Source: Sulfurovum sp.
GTDB lineage: Bacteria; Campylobacterota; Campylobacteria; Campylobacterales; Sulfurovaceae
Direction: 5' to 3'
DNA length: 64,000 nt
NCBI GenBank assembly: GCA_027068485.1
Contig: JAMOSB010000012.1
Location: forward strand, 48,347-112,346
In this document: positions 8,923 to 18,022 of the stretch, piece by piece
How positions within the stretch are numbered: the first letter of the stretch is position 1
Layout: each line of letters starts with the position of its first letter
Made by a program: the position numbers and the translations under genes
Notes under the pieces: generated by a model
Seen by the model: only the letters and a program-made list of their open reading frames with translations
Databases searched by the model: none
Told to the model about the DNA's origin: nothing

Positions 8923-9586
8923 ACGCCTCTACCTCTCCCACCTACTCGATAGCCAGACCCCCACCTATGGCAACCGCAACCAGTTTGTCTGTGAAAGACG
9001 CTCAGCTATCGCCAAGGGGGATGTGGCCAATGATAGTCACATCGAGACGACCGTACATATCGGCACCCATATCGATATGCCCTATCACTTCTTTGAGGAG
9101 GGGCAGACGATAGAGGATTTTGATAGTGACTTTTTTGCGTTTAACCGCGTACACTTTCTCTCCTTTACTCCCCAAGAGCGGGTGATCCATCAGGAGCTTA
9201 TCGATCAGCTAGAGCCGATCGAAGAGAAAGCCTCTATCGAGCTACTCATCATCAAGACAGGCATCTGCCATCAGCGTACGACTCCCTACTTCTGGGAAGA
9301 GAACTATGGATTTGCTCCTGAGGTGGCACACTACCTCCGCACCCACTTCCCCAAGGTACGCGTAATTGGGTTTGATAGTATCTCCGTCTCTAGCTTTGCA
9401 CACCGTATGGTTGGGCGTGAGGCACATCGAGCCTTTCTTGATCCCTCTCACCCTATCCTACTCATCGAAGATATGGATCTATGTCTGCTTCAGGCAAGCA
9501 GTCAGATCAAACACCTCACCGTCGCACCCCTACGCATCGCACAGTGCGATGGACTACCCTGTACCATCATAGCGGAGATAGCATAA
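8915..9586 (+). CDS. Cyclase-family protein (kynurenine-formamidase-like metal hydrolase fold).
   Basis: GGAGAA RBS. The HIGTHIDMPYHF motif is typical of the PF04199 cyclase/formamidase family. Confidence 0.8.
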   Translation: MTKRLYLSHLLDSQTPTYGNRNQFVCERRSAIAKGDVANDSHIETTVHIGTHIDMPYHFFEEGQTIEDFDSDFFAFNRVHFLSFTPQERVIHQELIDQLEPIEEKASIELLIIKTGICHQRTTPYFWEENYGFAPEVAHYLRTHFPKVRVIGFDSISVSSFAHRMVGREAHRAFLDPSHPILLIEDMDLCLLQASSQIKHLTVAPLRIAQCDGLPCTIIAEIA

Positions 9587-9771
9587 TGGCCATTTTTGAT
9601 ACCTCAATGGATCTCATCAACTACCACGACACCACCGACTACTCAGAGTTCACCCTACACGCAGGAGATATCGCAATCTTCTACCCCGATGATGCCCATA
9701 TGCCCTGCGTCCAAATAGACACCCCTACCAAGGTGGTCAAGAGTGTAGTCAAGGTCGCCTACCATGGCTAA
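9586..9771 (+). CDS. 61-aa ORF matching only the C-terminal third of YhcH/YjgK/YiaL (DUF386, EbgC-like) proteins; probably a gene remnant or mini-protein.
   Basis: TAATG overlap with the cyclase stop, with GGAGA 7 nt upstream. FTLHAGDIAIFYPDDAHMPCVQIDTPTKVVKSVVKV resembles the conserved C-terminus of the roughly 150-aa family. The N-terminal two-thirds are absent. Confidence 0.45.
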   Translation: MAIFDTSMDLINYHDTTDYSEFTLHAGDIAIFYPDDAHMPCVQIDTPTKVVKSVVKVAYHG

Positions 9772-10390
9772 GATCCACACCATTATCTTCGATTTTGATG
9801 GGGTGATCCTCGACTCTGTGCCTGTCAAGACAGAGGCATTTAGACGACTCTTTGAGGCGTTTCCCTCGGAGCAGGTTGAGCAGTTTATCGCCTACCATGA
9901 GTACAATGGCGGGATCTCCCGCTATGTGAAGATCCAGTACTTCTTTGAGCAACTCCTCCAAACCTCTATCTCTCAAGCAGAGATATCCTCCTACGCCACA
10001 CGCTACTCAGAGTTGACCAAAGAGGAGCTAAGCAAGCCTCAGTATCTCATCACCCAGACCCTCACCTTTATCCAAGCCCACTACCAGCACCTCAACCTCC
10101 ATATCGCATCAGGTGCTGATCAGGCAGATCTTCGCTATATCTGTAATGCCTTGGGACTCTCTAAGTACTTTCTCACTATCGGTGGCTCCCCCACCCCCAA
10201 AGGGGAGATTGTCAAAGAGATTCTCTTGGCACACCACTACACGCAAGAGGAGACGATCTTGATTGGGGATAGTATCAATGACTTTGCCGCAGCAGAGGCT
10301 AACCATATCGGATTTTATGGCTTTAACAACCCCGATCTCCAAGCCGACCACCCCTATATCGAGCAGTTTGAGACCGTTGACTTTCTATGA
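9764..10390 (+). CDS. HAD-superfamily hydrolase (phosphatase, subfamily IA-like).
   Basis: IIFDFDGVILDS (DxDG motif I), and ILIGDSINDFAAA (motif IV). Confidence 0.85.
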   Translation: MAKIHTIIFDFDGVILDSVPVKTEAFRRLFEAFPSEQVEQFIAYHEYNGGISRYVKIQYFFEQLLQTSISQAEISSYATRYSELTKEELSKPQYLITQTLTFIQAHYQHLNLHIASGADQADLRYICNALGLSKYFLTIGGSPTPKGEIVKEILLAHHYTQEETILIGDSINDFAAAEANHIGFYGFNNPDLQADHPYIEQFETVDFL

Positions 10391-11235
10391 AGATCTCCCT
10401 CATTCTTGCGACCCTCCATCGCACCCATGAGGTGCAGGCACTCCTCACTTCACTCACCCAACAGACCTATAGCCACTTTGAGGTGATTATCATCGATCAA
10501 AACAGTGATGAGCGTATCACACCGCTCATCCAATCCTTTGATCAACTCGATATCCTCCACCTTCGTAGTGCGATAGGACTCTCCCTCGCACGCAATGTGG
10601 GACTCTCTCACGCCTCAGGGGAGATTGTCGGGTTTCCTGATGATGACTGCACCTATCCACCGATGCTACTCCAATCGATTGTAGCGTTCTTTCAACAAGG
10701 AGCCTACCCACTCCTCACAGGTAAGACCATCGACCCCACGAGTCAACAGATCGTAGCGGGGAGTCTACACACCACCCCTACCCCTCTCTCCTGTACACAG
10801 ATACACGGCTCTTCCACCACGCTCTTTATCGCCACGGCTACACTCGGTACGCTTCGCTTTGATGAACGGTTTGGGCTAGGAGCCAAATACCACGCTGAGG
10901 AGGAGAATGAGCTGATCTTACGCCTCCTTCAGCAAGGGGTCAAAGGCTACTACCACCCAGAGATCAACACCGTCTACCACCCCCCCTCAGACCTTGACTA
11001 CCACGACACCACACGCATTGCCTACCGTGCGGTGGGGTTGGGGGCGTTTATCGCCAAACACCTTGGCTCTCTTTGTGGCGTACACTACCTCATCAAGTAC
11101 GCCCTTATCCGTCCCCTGCTAGGCTCCCTACTCTATAGACTCAAGGGTGATCCGATCAAAGCACGCTTCTACTTCGCAAAGTTTCGTGGGATCTGGCAGG
11201 GACTACTCACCTATCTCAAGGAGGAGCGATCATGA
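10387..11235 (+). CDS. GT2-family glycosyltransferase.
   Basis: ATGA overlap. ISLILATLHRTHEVQALLTSLTQQTYSHFEVIIIDQNSDE...GFPDDDC. Confidence 0.85.
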   Translation: MKISLILATLHRTHEVQALLTSLTQQTYSHFEVIIIDQNSDERITPLIQSFDQLDILHLRSAIGLSLARNVGLSHASGEIVGFPDDDCTYPPMLLQSIVAFFQQGAYPLLTGKTIDPTSQQIVAGSLHTTPTPLSCTQIHGSSTTLFIATATLGTLRFDERFGLGAKYHAEEENELILRLLQQGVKGYYHPEINTVYHPPSDLDYHDTTRIAYRAVGLGAFIAKHLGSLCGVHYLIKYALIRPLLGSLLYRLKGDPIKARFYFAKFRGIWQGLLTYLKEERS

Positions 11236-12257
11236 CCATACTATTTGATGGGCGGGTCTTGACCCATAGCATCTTTACAGGAGTCGAACACTACACAGAG
11301 TCGATCTATCATCAGCTTCGTACCCAACTCAACCTCTCACTCCAAAGCCCCCCCACCCGCAACAAGTACCTCGCCCACCTCTGGAGCCACTTAGTACTTC
11401 CTTTTGCCAAAGGGGAGCTACTCTTCTGCCCTGCCAACCTCGCCCCCTACTTCGTCCCCAAGCACAAAAAGCTAGTCATCACCCTCCATGATGTCGCCTT
11501 TTTACGCTATCCTCAGAGCTTCACCCCTCTCTTTTGGCGGTACTACCAGTGGCTCATCCCTCATGTGCTAATGCGTGCAGATCGTATCATTACCATCTCC
11601 CAAAGCTCCAAAGCGGAGATATGCCACTACTATCCTCAGATCCAAGAGAAGATAAGCGTGATTGGGCTAGGGGTCGAGCCACACTTTCGCCCACTCCCCA
11701 CCCCCCAAAAGCACAAGCAGATACTCTTTGTCGGCTCCCTCAATACCCGCAAGAACTTCACCGCCGTCCTTGAGGCATTTAAGCGACTCAACCGACCCGA
11801 GTATCAGCTCATCATGGTAGGCAACTTCTCAGCCAACTTTGCCCTTGACCCGACCACCCAAGCCCTCCTCGATGAAGCCAGAGCCAACCCCGCCATCACC
11901 TTCCGCTCCAACCTCTCAACCGAGCAACTCGTTGCCTGCTACCAACACGCTACTCTCCTGCTCTTTCCCTCTCTCTATGAGGGGTTTGGACTCCCTCCAC
12001 TCGAAGCGATGGCGTGTGGTACCCCTGTCATCACCTCCCACTGCTCCTCGATGCCTGAGGTGTGTGGAGAGGCAGCGACCTACATCGACCCACACGATAT
12101 CGACGATATCGTCGCCAAACTCACAGAGCTACTCGATGATGAGGCGGGCTACTCTGCTAGAGTCGCCAAAGGGATAGCACACGCCAAGCACTTCACATGG
12201 GAGCAGAGTGCTACGGCACATCTTGAGTGCTTTAGAGGAGTCCTCTCATGCGAGTAG
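11232..12257 (+). CDS. GT4 (GT1-clan) glycosyltransferase.
   Basis: ATGA overlap. [28 protein letters not shown] contains the E-x7-E type motif. Confidence 0.85.
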   Translation: MTILFDGRVLTHSIFTGVEHYTESIYHQLRTQLNLSLQSPPTRNKYLAHLWSHLVLPFAKGELLFCPANLAPYFVPKHKKLVITLHDVAFLRYPQSFTPLFWRYYQWLIPHVLMRADRIITISQSSKAEICHYYPQIQEKISVIGLGVEPHFRPLPTPQKHKQILFVGSLNTRKNFTAVLEAFKRLNRPEYQLIMVGNFSANFALDPTTQALLDEARANPAITFRSNLSTEQLVACYQHATLLLFPSLYEGFGLPPLEAMACGTPVITSHCSSMPEVCGEAATYIDPHDIDDIVAKLTELLDDEAGYSARVAKGIAHAKHFTWEQSATAHLECFRGVLSCE

Positions 12258-13327
12258 CCATTGTCCATGACTGGCTTGTCACCAATGCAGGAGCGGAGAA
12301 GGTACTTCGCAGTATCCTCAACTGCTACCCCGATGCTACCCTCTTTGCGTTGGTTGACTTCCTCAGTGAGGAGGATCGAACGGTGATTTTGGATGGAAGA
12401 GAGGTGACCACCTCGTTTATCCAGAATCTCCCCCTAGCCAGACGCTACTTCCGCCACTACCTCCCCCTCTTCCCTAGAGCCATTGAGTCGCTTGATATGC
12501 GTGGGTTTGACCTCATCATCAGCTCCTCATGGGCAGTCGCCAAAGGGGTCAAAAAGCACGCAGGACAGCTCCATGTCTGCTACTGTCACACCCCCATACG
12601 CTACGCATGGGATCTCTATGAGGAGTACACCGCCTCCCTCTCTCAACCCAAGAAGTTTTTGGTAGAGCAGAGTTTGAAGTACCTACGCAACTGGGACATC
12701 GCTACTCTCGATCGGGTCGATTACTTTATCGCCAACTCCCACTTCGTCCAAGAGCGTATCGCACGCACCTACGGGAGGGAGTCTCATCTCATCTACCCCC
12801 CCGTCGCACTCGACCGCTTCACCCTACAGCCCCAAAAGTCCTCCCTCTTCCTCACCGCCTCACGGCTTGTTCCCTACAAAAAAACCAAGCTTATCGTAGA
12901 GGCATTTAACCAGATGCCCCACCACACCCTTGTCGTCATTGGTGCGGGGGAGGAGTATGAGGAGATCGCTCGTATCGCAGGGGCAAACATCCAACTCCTT
13001 GGCTTCCAAGAGGATGCCATACTCATCGAGACAATGCAACACGCCCAAGCCTTTGTCTACGCAGCGGTGGAGGATTTTGGGATTGTACCCATCGAAGCGA
13101 TGGCGTGTGGCACCCCCGTCATCGCACTCGACCAAGGGGGGACAAAAGAGACCATCACCGAGGGGGTGACAGGCGTACACTTTGCCACCCAGAGCATCGA
13201 GGCCATCATCGACGCAGTGGAGCGGTTTGAGCAGTACCACTTCGATCCTACCACCATACGCCAAGAGGCGATGGGCTATGGAGCCTTTGAGCAAGAACTC
13301 GTAGCATTTATAGGGGAACTTCTCTAG
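12248..13327 (+). CDS. GT4 (GT1-clan) glycosyltransferase.
   Basis: 10-nt overlap with the upstream gene. [31 protein letters not shown]. Confidence 0.85.
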   Translation: MRVAIVHDWLVTNAGAEKVLRSILNCYPDATLFALVDFLSEEDRTVILDGREVTTSFIQNLPLARRYFRHYLPLFPRAIESLDMRGFDLIISSSWAVAKGVKKHAGQLHVCYCHTPIRYAWDLYEEYTASLSQPKKFLVEQSLKYLRNWDIATLDRVDYFIANSHFVQERIARTYGRESHLIYPPVALDRFTLQPQKSSLFLTASRLVPYKKTKLIVEAFNQMPHHTLVVIGAGEEYEEIARIAGANIQLLGFQEDAILIETMQHAQAFVYAAVEDFGIVPIEAMACGTPVIALDQGGTKETITEGVTGVHFATQSIEAIIDAVERFEQYHFDPTTIRQEAMGYGAFEQELVAFIGELL

Positions 13328-13373
13328 ACTATCTCTCTAGTGTGGAGAAGTACTCCTCACTGAGAGTGTATTT

Positions 13374-14567
13374 CTAATATAAAAACCCAAACAGCCACAA
13401 GGGTATCTTATTGCCAAACCCTACCTCTATCTCATCTGCCACCACAAAAGAGTTCTCTAGATCTTTTATCTGTTTAAAGCTCTTATGTTTGCCACCTATC
13501 TCAACAATATACTTCATATCAATCAAAAAATCACCCACCTTTGAATACGCTATTGTATACTCCTTATCTAGCTGATTGACAAAAAAGCTCTCTCTGAGTG
13601 TGCCACTCTCTTGCATATCACAGTAGGCGTAGTTGAGATTGGTATTGTTGAGATAGAGCTTGGAGGGCTTGGAGAAAACGGTATCTCCTTTGGCTTTGGG
13701 CTGTACTTTGAGAAATATATCTCCTAGTGTAAGGTAGTGGATGTAAAGGTAGAGTGTTTTTCTGTTGATACCTATCTTACTTGCAAGGTTTGTGAGATTC
13801 AGCTCATAGGGCTTTGAGTTACAGATATATGCCACCAGCTGTTTAAGCTTCATGATATTGCTAGGCTCGATATTAAAGATCATCGGCAGATCACTCTCCA
13901 CTACGACATTGACCGTCTCTTCAAGTTTGAGATAGTAGGTATCGGGGGTCTCAAAATAGAACGGGTAGTACCCAAACTGTAGATAGGCTTTGAACTGCTC
14001 CAAGGGTTTGATCTGTTTCGTGATCTCTTTGGCTAGTCTCGTATGATGCTCCAAGATATCATCGAGTGTATAGGGTTCAAATGTCTGCCCCAGTTTAAAC
14101 TCCAAAAACTCTCTAAAACTAAGCCCCTTCACACGGTACAATACCGCCCTACGACTCAAATCCGCCTTTTTATGCTCCAGTACGATAGCAGAACTCCCAC
14201 TGAAAATGACTTGTATATCTAAAAAGTCATAGATCTCTTTAAGTGCAATCTCAAAGTTTGGATACTTGTGTATCTCATCTATCACCAGTACTTTTCCACC
14301 AAGGTTAGAGAAGCTCTCTGCAATCTCAAAGAGTCTCTCCTCTGAGCCAAGTATACTATCTACACTGAAGTAGAGTTTTTTATCCTCTGCTATCTCTAGA
14401 CTCTCTAGATACTGGAGTAAAAAAGTAGTCTTCCCCACCCCTCTTGCACCTACGATACCGATCAGTCTTTCACGGAAGTCTACGATATCAAAAAAGTATC
14501 GCTTGTACTTTACAGCCTCTATCTTTTTGTTGATATATGCATATTTTTTAAAGAGTGTAGCGATCAT
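13374..14567 (-). CDS. AAA-family ATPase of the AAA_14/DUF4143 type (orphan ATP-binding protein).
   Basis: Walker A GARGVGKTT and Walker B VLVIDEIH. Opposite strand to both flanking operons, and visibly lower GC. Confidence 0.85.
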   Translation of the reverse strand: MIATLFKKYAYINKKIEAVKYKRYFFDIVDFRERLIGIVGARGVGKTTFLLQYLESLEIAEDKKLYFSVDSILGSEERLFEIAESFSNLGGKVLVIDEIHKYPNFEIALKEIYDFLDIQVIFSGSSAIVLEHKKADLSRRAVLYRVKGLSFREFLEFKLGQTFEPYTLDDILEHHTRLAKEITKQIKPLEQFKAYLQFGYYPFYFETPDTYYLKLEETVNVVVESDLPMIFNIEPSNIMKLKQLVAYICNSKPYELNLTNLASKIGINRKTLYLYIHYLTLGDIFLKVQPKAKGDTVFSKPSKLYLNNTNLNYAYCDMQESGTLRESFFVNQLDKEYTIAYSKVGDFLIDMKYIVEIGGKHKSFKQIKDLENSFVVADEIEVGFGNKIPLWLFGFLY

Positions 14568-14589
14568 AGCACCTTCCTTTTGTATAGTA

Positions 14590-14621
14590 TAAACAACAAT
14601 AGTATAATTAAATGTTGTTTA
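14590..14621. promoter_or_regulatory. 9-bp perfect inverted repeat flanking a TATAAT box in the divergent intergenic region; operator-like.
   Basis: TAAACAACA (14590-14598) and TGTTGTTTA (14613-14621) lie 14 nt apart, with TATAAT at 14603-14608 between the arms. Confidence 0.35.
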
Positions 14622-14744
14622 ACCTATACTTTCAATCCCTTTATCCCAGTCTATTTTGGTAGCTATCGTTGAAAAAATCGCTTCCATAGATTAAACCAAG
14701 ATGCTATTAACTTTTTGATAAAATACTATTAAAAAAGGTACCCT

Positions 14745-16061
14745 ATGCGAGAGCTTCTCTCTAAGACTATTTTTGTCTTTTTTGATACCCTTATGATAAT
14801 ACTCTCGCTCTATCTTGCCTATCTTCTGCGTACCTCATGGGAGGGACTTCACCCCCATACGATTACCTTTAACACCTATTTGCACTTCTATCCGCTCTAT
14901 ATCATCCCGCTACTCCTCTTTACCTATGAGGGGATCTATAGCTACCGTTATGACTTCTGGCATGAGAGTCGTCTGATCCTCAAGGCGGTGATCTTCTCTG
15001 CGATACTGCTCTTTGCCTACCTTGCAATGACCAAATCGATCGAACACTACTCTCGTCTGGTGATAGGTCTCTCCTTTTTTACTATGGCGATCTTGATCCC
15101 ACTCGCCAAAAATATCACCAAAAAAACCCTCTACCGTATCGGGCTGTGGCGTAAAAAAGCCCTTATCTATGGGGATGATCGCTTCCTCCAAGATGAGATC
15201 TACCACAACCCCTACCTAGGCTATGTCTCCCCCAAACACCCCAAGGAGCCATCAACGGTCTTTATCAACTCACAAAACACCACCGCCCATAGTCTCAAAG
15301 ATATCATCGCCGATCAGATCAAACGCCACCATGAGGTGATCTTCATCCCACTAATCGATGACTACAACCTCACCCACTCCCATATCTATGAACTCTCCAA
15401 TACACGCACCAATCTCATCGTCTTTCGCAACCGCCTCAAGAGTCGCTACCGTCTGATTCTCAAGAATATCTCCGATATACTCCTCTCCCTACTCATCTTC
15501 CCACTCTTGATCGTGGGGATGCTCCTGATTGCACTAGCGATCAAGCTCAAAGAGCCTCACAGTAGTATCCTCTTCAGACAGAAACGCTTGGGCAAACACG
15601 GTAAGCCCTTCACCTGCTATAAGTTTCGTACGATGGCAGATCAAGGTGATCGTATCTTAGAGGCGTACCTCGCCACACACCCCGAAGAGGTCGCACACTA
15701 CGCCATCTATCACAAGTACCAAAACGACCCCCGTATCACGCCTATTGGGGATTTTTTGCGACGCACCTCTCTCGATGAACTTCCACAGATTCTCAATGTC
15801 ATTAAGCGGGAGATGAGCTTTATCGGTCCACGCCCCTATATACTCACCGAAGAGCCAAAGATGAACAAGCTTCATGAGACGATCCTCTCTGTCAAACCTG
15901 GGATTACAGGGTTGTGGCAGGTGAGTGGACGCAGTGATGTGGACTTCAAGTCACGACTACAGCTAGATGTGTGGTATATCCGCAACTGGAACCTCTGGAT
16001 GGATCTGGTTATTTTGATCAAGACCATCAAGACCGTACTTCACAAAGGGGGGGCGGTGTGA
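14745..16061 (+). CDS. Polyprenyl-phosphate sugar-phosphate transferase (WbaP/bacterial sugar transferase family), the initiating enzyme.
   Basis: N-terminal multi-TM region. The C-terminal block ILFRQKRLGKHGKPFTCYKFRTM...DPRITPIGDFLRRTSLDELPQILNVIKREMSFIGPRP is diagnostic. Confidence 0.85.
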   Translation: MRELLSKTIFVFFDTLMIILSLYLAYLLRTSWEGLHPHTITFNTYLHFYPLYIIPLLLFTYEGIYSYRYDFWHESRLILKAVIFSAILLFAYLAMTKSIEHYSRLVIGLSFFTMAILIPLAKNITKKTLYRIGLWRKKALIYGDDRFLQDEIYHNPYLGYVSPKHPKEPSTVFINSQNTTAHSLKDIIADQIKRHHEVIFIPLIDDYNLTHSHIYELSNTRTNLIVFRNRLKSRYRLILKNISDILLSLLIFPLLIVGMLLIALAIKLKEPHSSILFRQKRLGKHGKPFTCYKFRTMADQGDRILEAYLATHPEEVAHYAIYHKYQNDPRITPIGDFLRRTSLDELPQILNVIKREMSFIGPRPYILTEEPKMNKLHETILSVKPGITGLWQVSGRSDVDFKSRLQLDVWYIRNWNLWMDLVILIKTIKTVLHKGGAV

Positions 16062-16591
16062 TGTACCCACACAAAGCCCTCTTTCTTGATCGTGATGGGG
16101 TGATCAATATCGACTACGGCTATGTCTCCACCCAAGAGCAGTTTCACTTCTCTGAGGGGATCTTTGAGCTGGTGCGTCTCTTTGAGGAGGCGGGCTACTG
16201 GATCTTTGTCATCACCAACCAGTCAGGTATCGGTCGGGGCTACTATACCCAAGAGGCGTTTCATCAGCTAAGTGCGTGGATGTGTGAGGTGTTTCAAGCG
16301 CATGGCATCACCATCCAAGCTGTCGAGTACTGCCCCCACCACCCTGATGCCCACTGTCACTGTCGCAAACCCAATACAGGAATGATAGAGCACCTCACCG
16401 CACGCTACCCTATCGACTTGACACACTCTTGGCTCATCGGGGACAAACCCAGTGATATCGCTCTTGCCAACCACGCAGGGATAGGTGGGAGTATCGCCAT
16501 TGGTAGCACCCCTATCCCCACCAGTACCCTACACTTTGAGAGCATCACCGCGTGCTATGACTATATCCAACACAACCGAGGTAGATTATGA
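16061..16591 (+). CDS. gmhB: D-glycero-D-manno-heptose 1,7-bisphosphate phosphatase.
   Basis: TGATG overlap with the upstream gene. ALFLDRDGVINIDYGYV, ITNQSGIGRG, and CPHHPDAHCHCRKP (zinc-binding loop). Confidence 0.85.
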   Translation: MYPHKALFLDRDGVINIDYGYVSTQEQFHFSEGIFELVRLFEEAGYWIFVITNQSGIGRGYYTQEAFHQLSAWMCEVFQAHGITIQAVEYCPHHPDAHCHCRKPNTGMIEHLTARYPIDLTHSWLIGDKPSDIALANHAGIGGSIAIGSTPIPTSTLHFESITACYDYIQHNRGRL

Positions 16592-18018
16592 TAGAGACCC
16601 TACGCCAGACCCAACCCACAATCGCTGTTATTGGTGATTTGATGATCGATCACTACATCTGGGGAGCGTGTGAGCGTATCTCTCCAGAGGCTCCCGTCCA
16701 AGTCGTCTCTACCGATAAGGAGAGTATGGTACTAGGAGGGGCGGGTAATGTCCTCTCCAACCTTGTCGCCCTAGATGCCAAGGTCAGCCTCTACTCTGTC
16801 ATCGGAGAGGATCACAATGCCAAGCGACTCCAGAGCCTCCTAGAGACCCTCAACCCCGCACAGATGACCCTCATCTCCGAGAGCTACCGTGTCACCACCC
16901 AAAAGAGCCGTGTCATCGCCTCAGGTCAACAGATCTTACGCTTGGATGAGGAGAGTACCAATCCCATCGATGATACCTCTCAATCAGCACTACTGGAGGC
17001 ACTCTCACACAACATCTCCCACTACGATGCCCTACTACTCTCTGACTATGGTAAAGGGGTACTCACCCCCACGCTCTGCCACGCACTCATTGGACTCGCA
17101 CATCAGCAGGGGATCCCAATACTCATCGACCCCAAGGGAGCCGACTACCACAAATACCACGGGGCAACCCTTCTCACCCCCAACAAAAAAGAGGCTTCCC
17201 TCGCCTCGGGTATCCCCATCGATACCCCCCAACACCTCTCAGAGGCACTCCTCTACTTCAAAGAGCAGATCGACCTCACCTACGCCCTTATCACACTGAG
17301 TGAAGATGGAATAGGACTCCTAAGTGACCAGCTCACCACCATCCCCACTGTCGCACGAGAGGTGTTTGATGTCACAGGGGCAGGCGATACGGTCTTGGCA
17401 TCGCTAGGGGTCGCACTCGCTTCAGGTATCGATATCGTCTCGGCGTGTCACTTCGCCAACAAAGCCGCCGCTGTCGTCGTCGCCAAAGTCGGATCAGCCA
17501 CCGCCACACTCGCAGAGATCGAAGAGTATGAACACTCCCTCAACAAAGGCGAAGCCCAGAGCAAGATCAAAAACTTTGAGCAGATCGCCCGTATCACCCG
17601 ACGACTCAAGGAGCAGGGACGCAACATCATCTTCACCAATGGGTGCTTTGATATCTTGCACCGTGGACATGCAAGCTACCTAGAGCGTGCCAAAGCTCTT
17701 GGCGATATCCTCATTGTAGGACTCAACTCCGATGCGAGTATCACCCGACTCAAAGGGGAGAGCCGTCCCATCAACACCCTCGACGATCGTGCCTTTTTGC
17801 TTGGGGCATTGGAGAGTGTGGACTTTGTTGTCCCCTTCTATGAGGATACACCCTATAACCTCATCGAGCAGATACACCCTGATATCCTCGTCAAAGGGGC
17901 AGACTATGAGGGTAAGTGTGTTGTAGGCTCTAATCTTGCGGGAGAAGTACGCCTTTTGGAGTTTGTCGAGGGCAGAAGCACCTCTGCGATTATCGCCAAG
18001 ATAGAGACCAAGGAGTAG
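16588..18018 (+). CDS. hldE: Bifunctional heptose 7-phosphate kinase / heptose 1-phosphate adenylyltransferase.
   Basis: N-terminal ribokinase-like domain (DVTGAGDT) and C-terminal cytidylyltransferase-like domain (IIFTNGCFDILHRGHASYL). Confidence 0.9.
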   Translation: MIETLRQTQPTIAVIGDLMIDHYIWGACERISPEAPVQVVSTDKESMVLGGAGNVLSNLVALDAKVSLYSVIGEDHNAKRLQSLLETLNPAQMTLISESYRVTTQKSRVIASGQQILRLDEESTNPIDDTSQSALLEALSHNISHYDALLLSDYGKGVLTPTLCHALIGLAHQQGIPILIDPKGADYHKYHGATLLTPNKKEASLASGIPIDTPQHLSEALLYFKEQIDLTYALITLSEDGIGLLSDQLTTIPTVAREVFDVTGAGDTVLASLGVALASGIDIVSACHFANKAAAVVVAKVGSATATLAEIEEYEHSLNKGEAQSKIKNFEQIARITRRLKEQGRNIIFTNGCFDILHRGHASYLERAKALGDILIVGLNSDASITRLKGESRPINTLDDRAFLLGALESVDFVVPFYEDTPYNLIEQIHPDILVKGADYEGKCVVGSNLAGEVRLLEFVEGRSTSAIIAKIETKE

Positions 18019-18022
18019 CCCC

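Noticed and set aside
10980-10986. Homopolymeric C7/G7 tracts inside glycan genes as phase-variation switches: 10980-10986, 11348-11354, 12796-12802, 16047-16053, 28630-28636, 33694-33700 and 36803-36809. Others lie at 25558-25564 in cysD and 53023-53029 in addB.
   Set aside because: All are only 7 nt and encode Pro-Pro or Gly-Gly in frame. Equally long tracts occur in housekeeping genes (cysD, addB). Contingency loci in Campylobacter and Helicobacter normally carry tracts of 8-9 nt or more. I saw no tract of 8 or more G/C.
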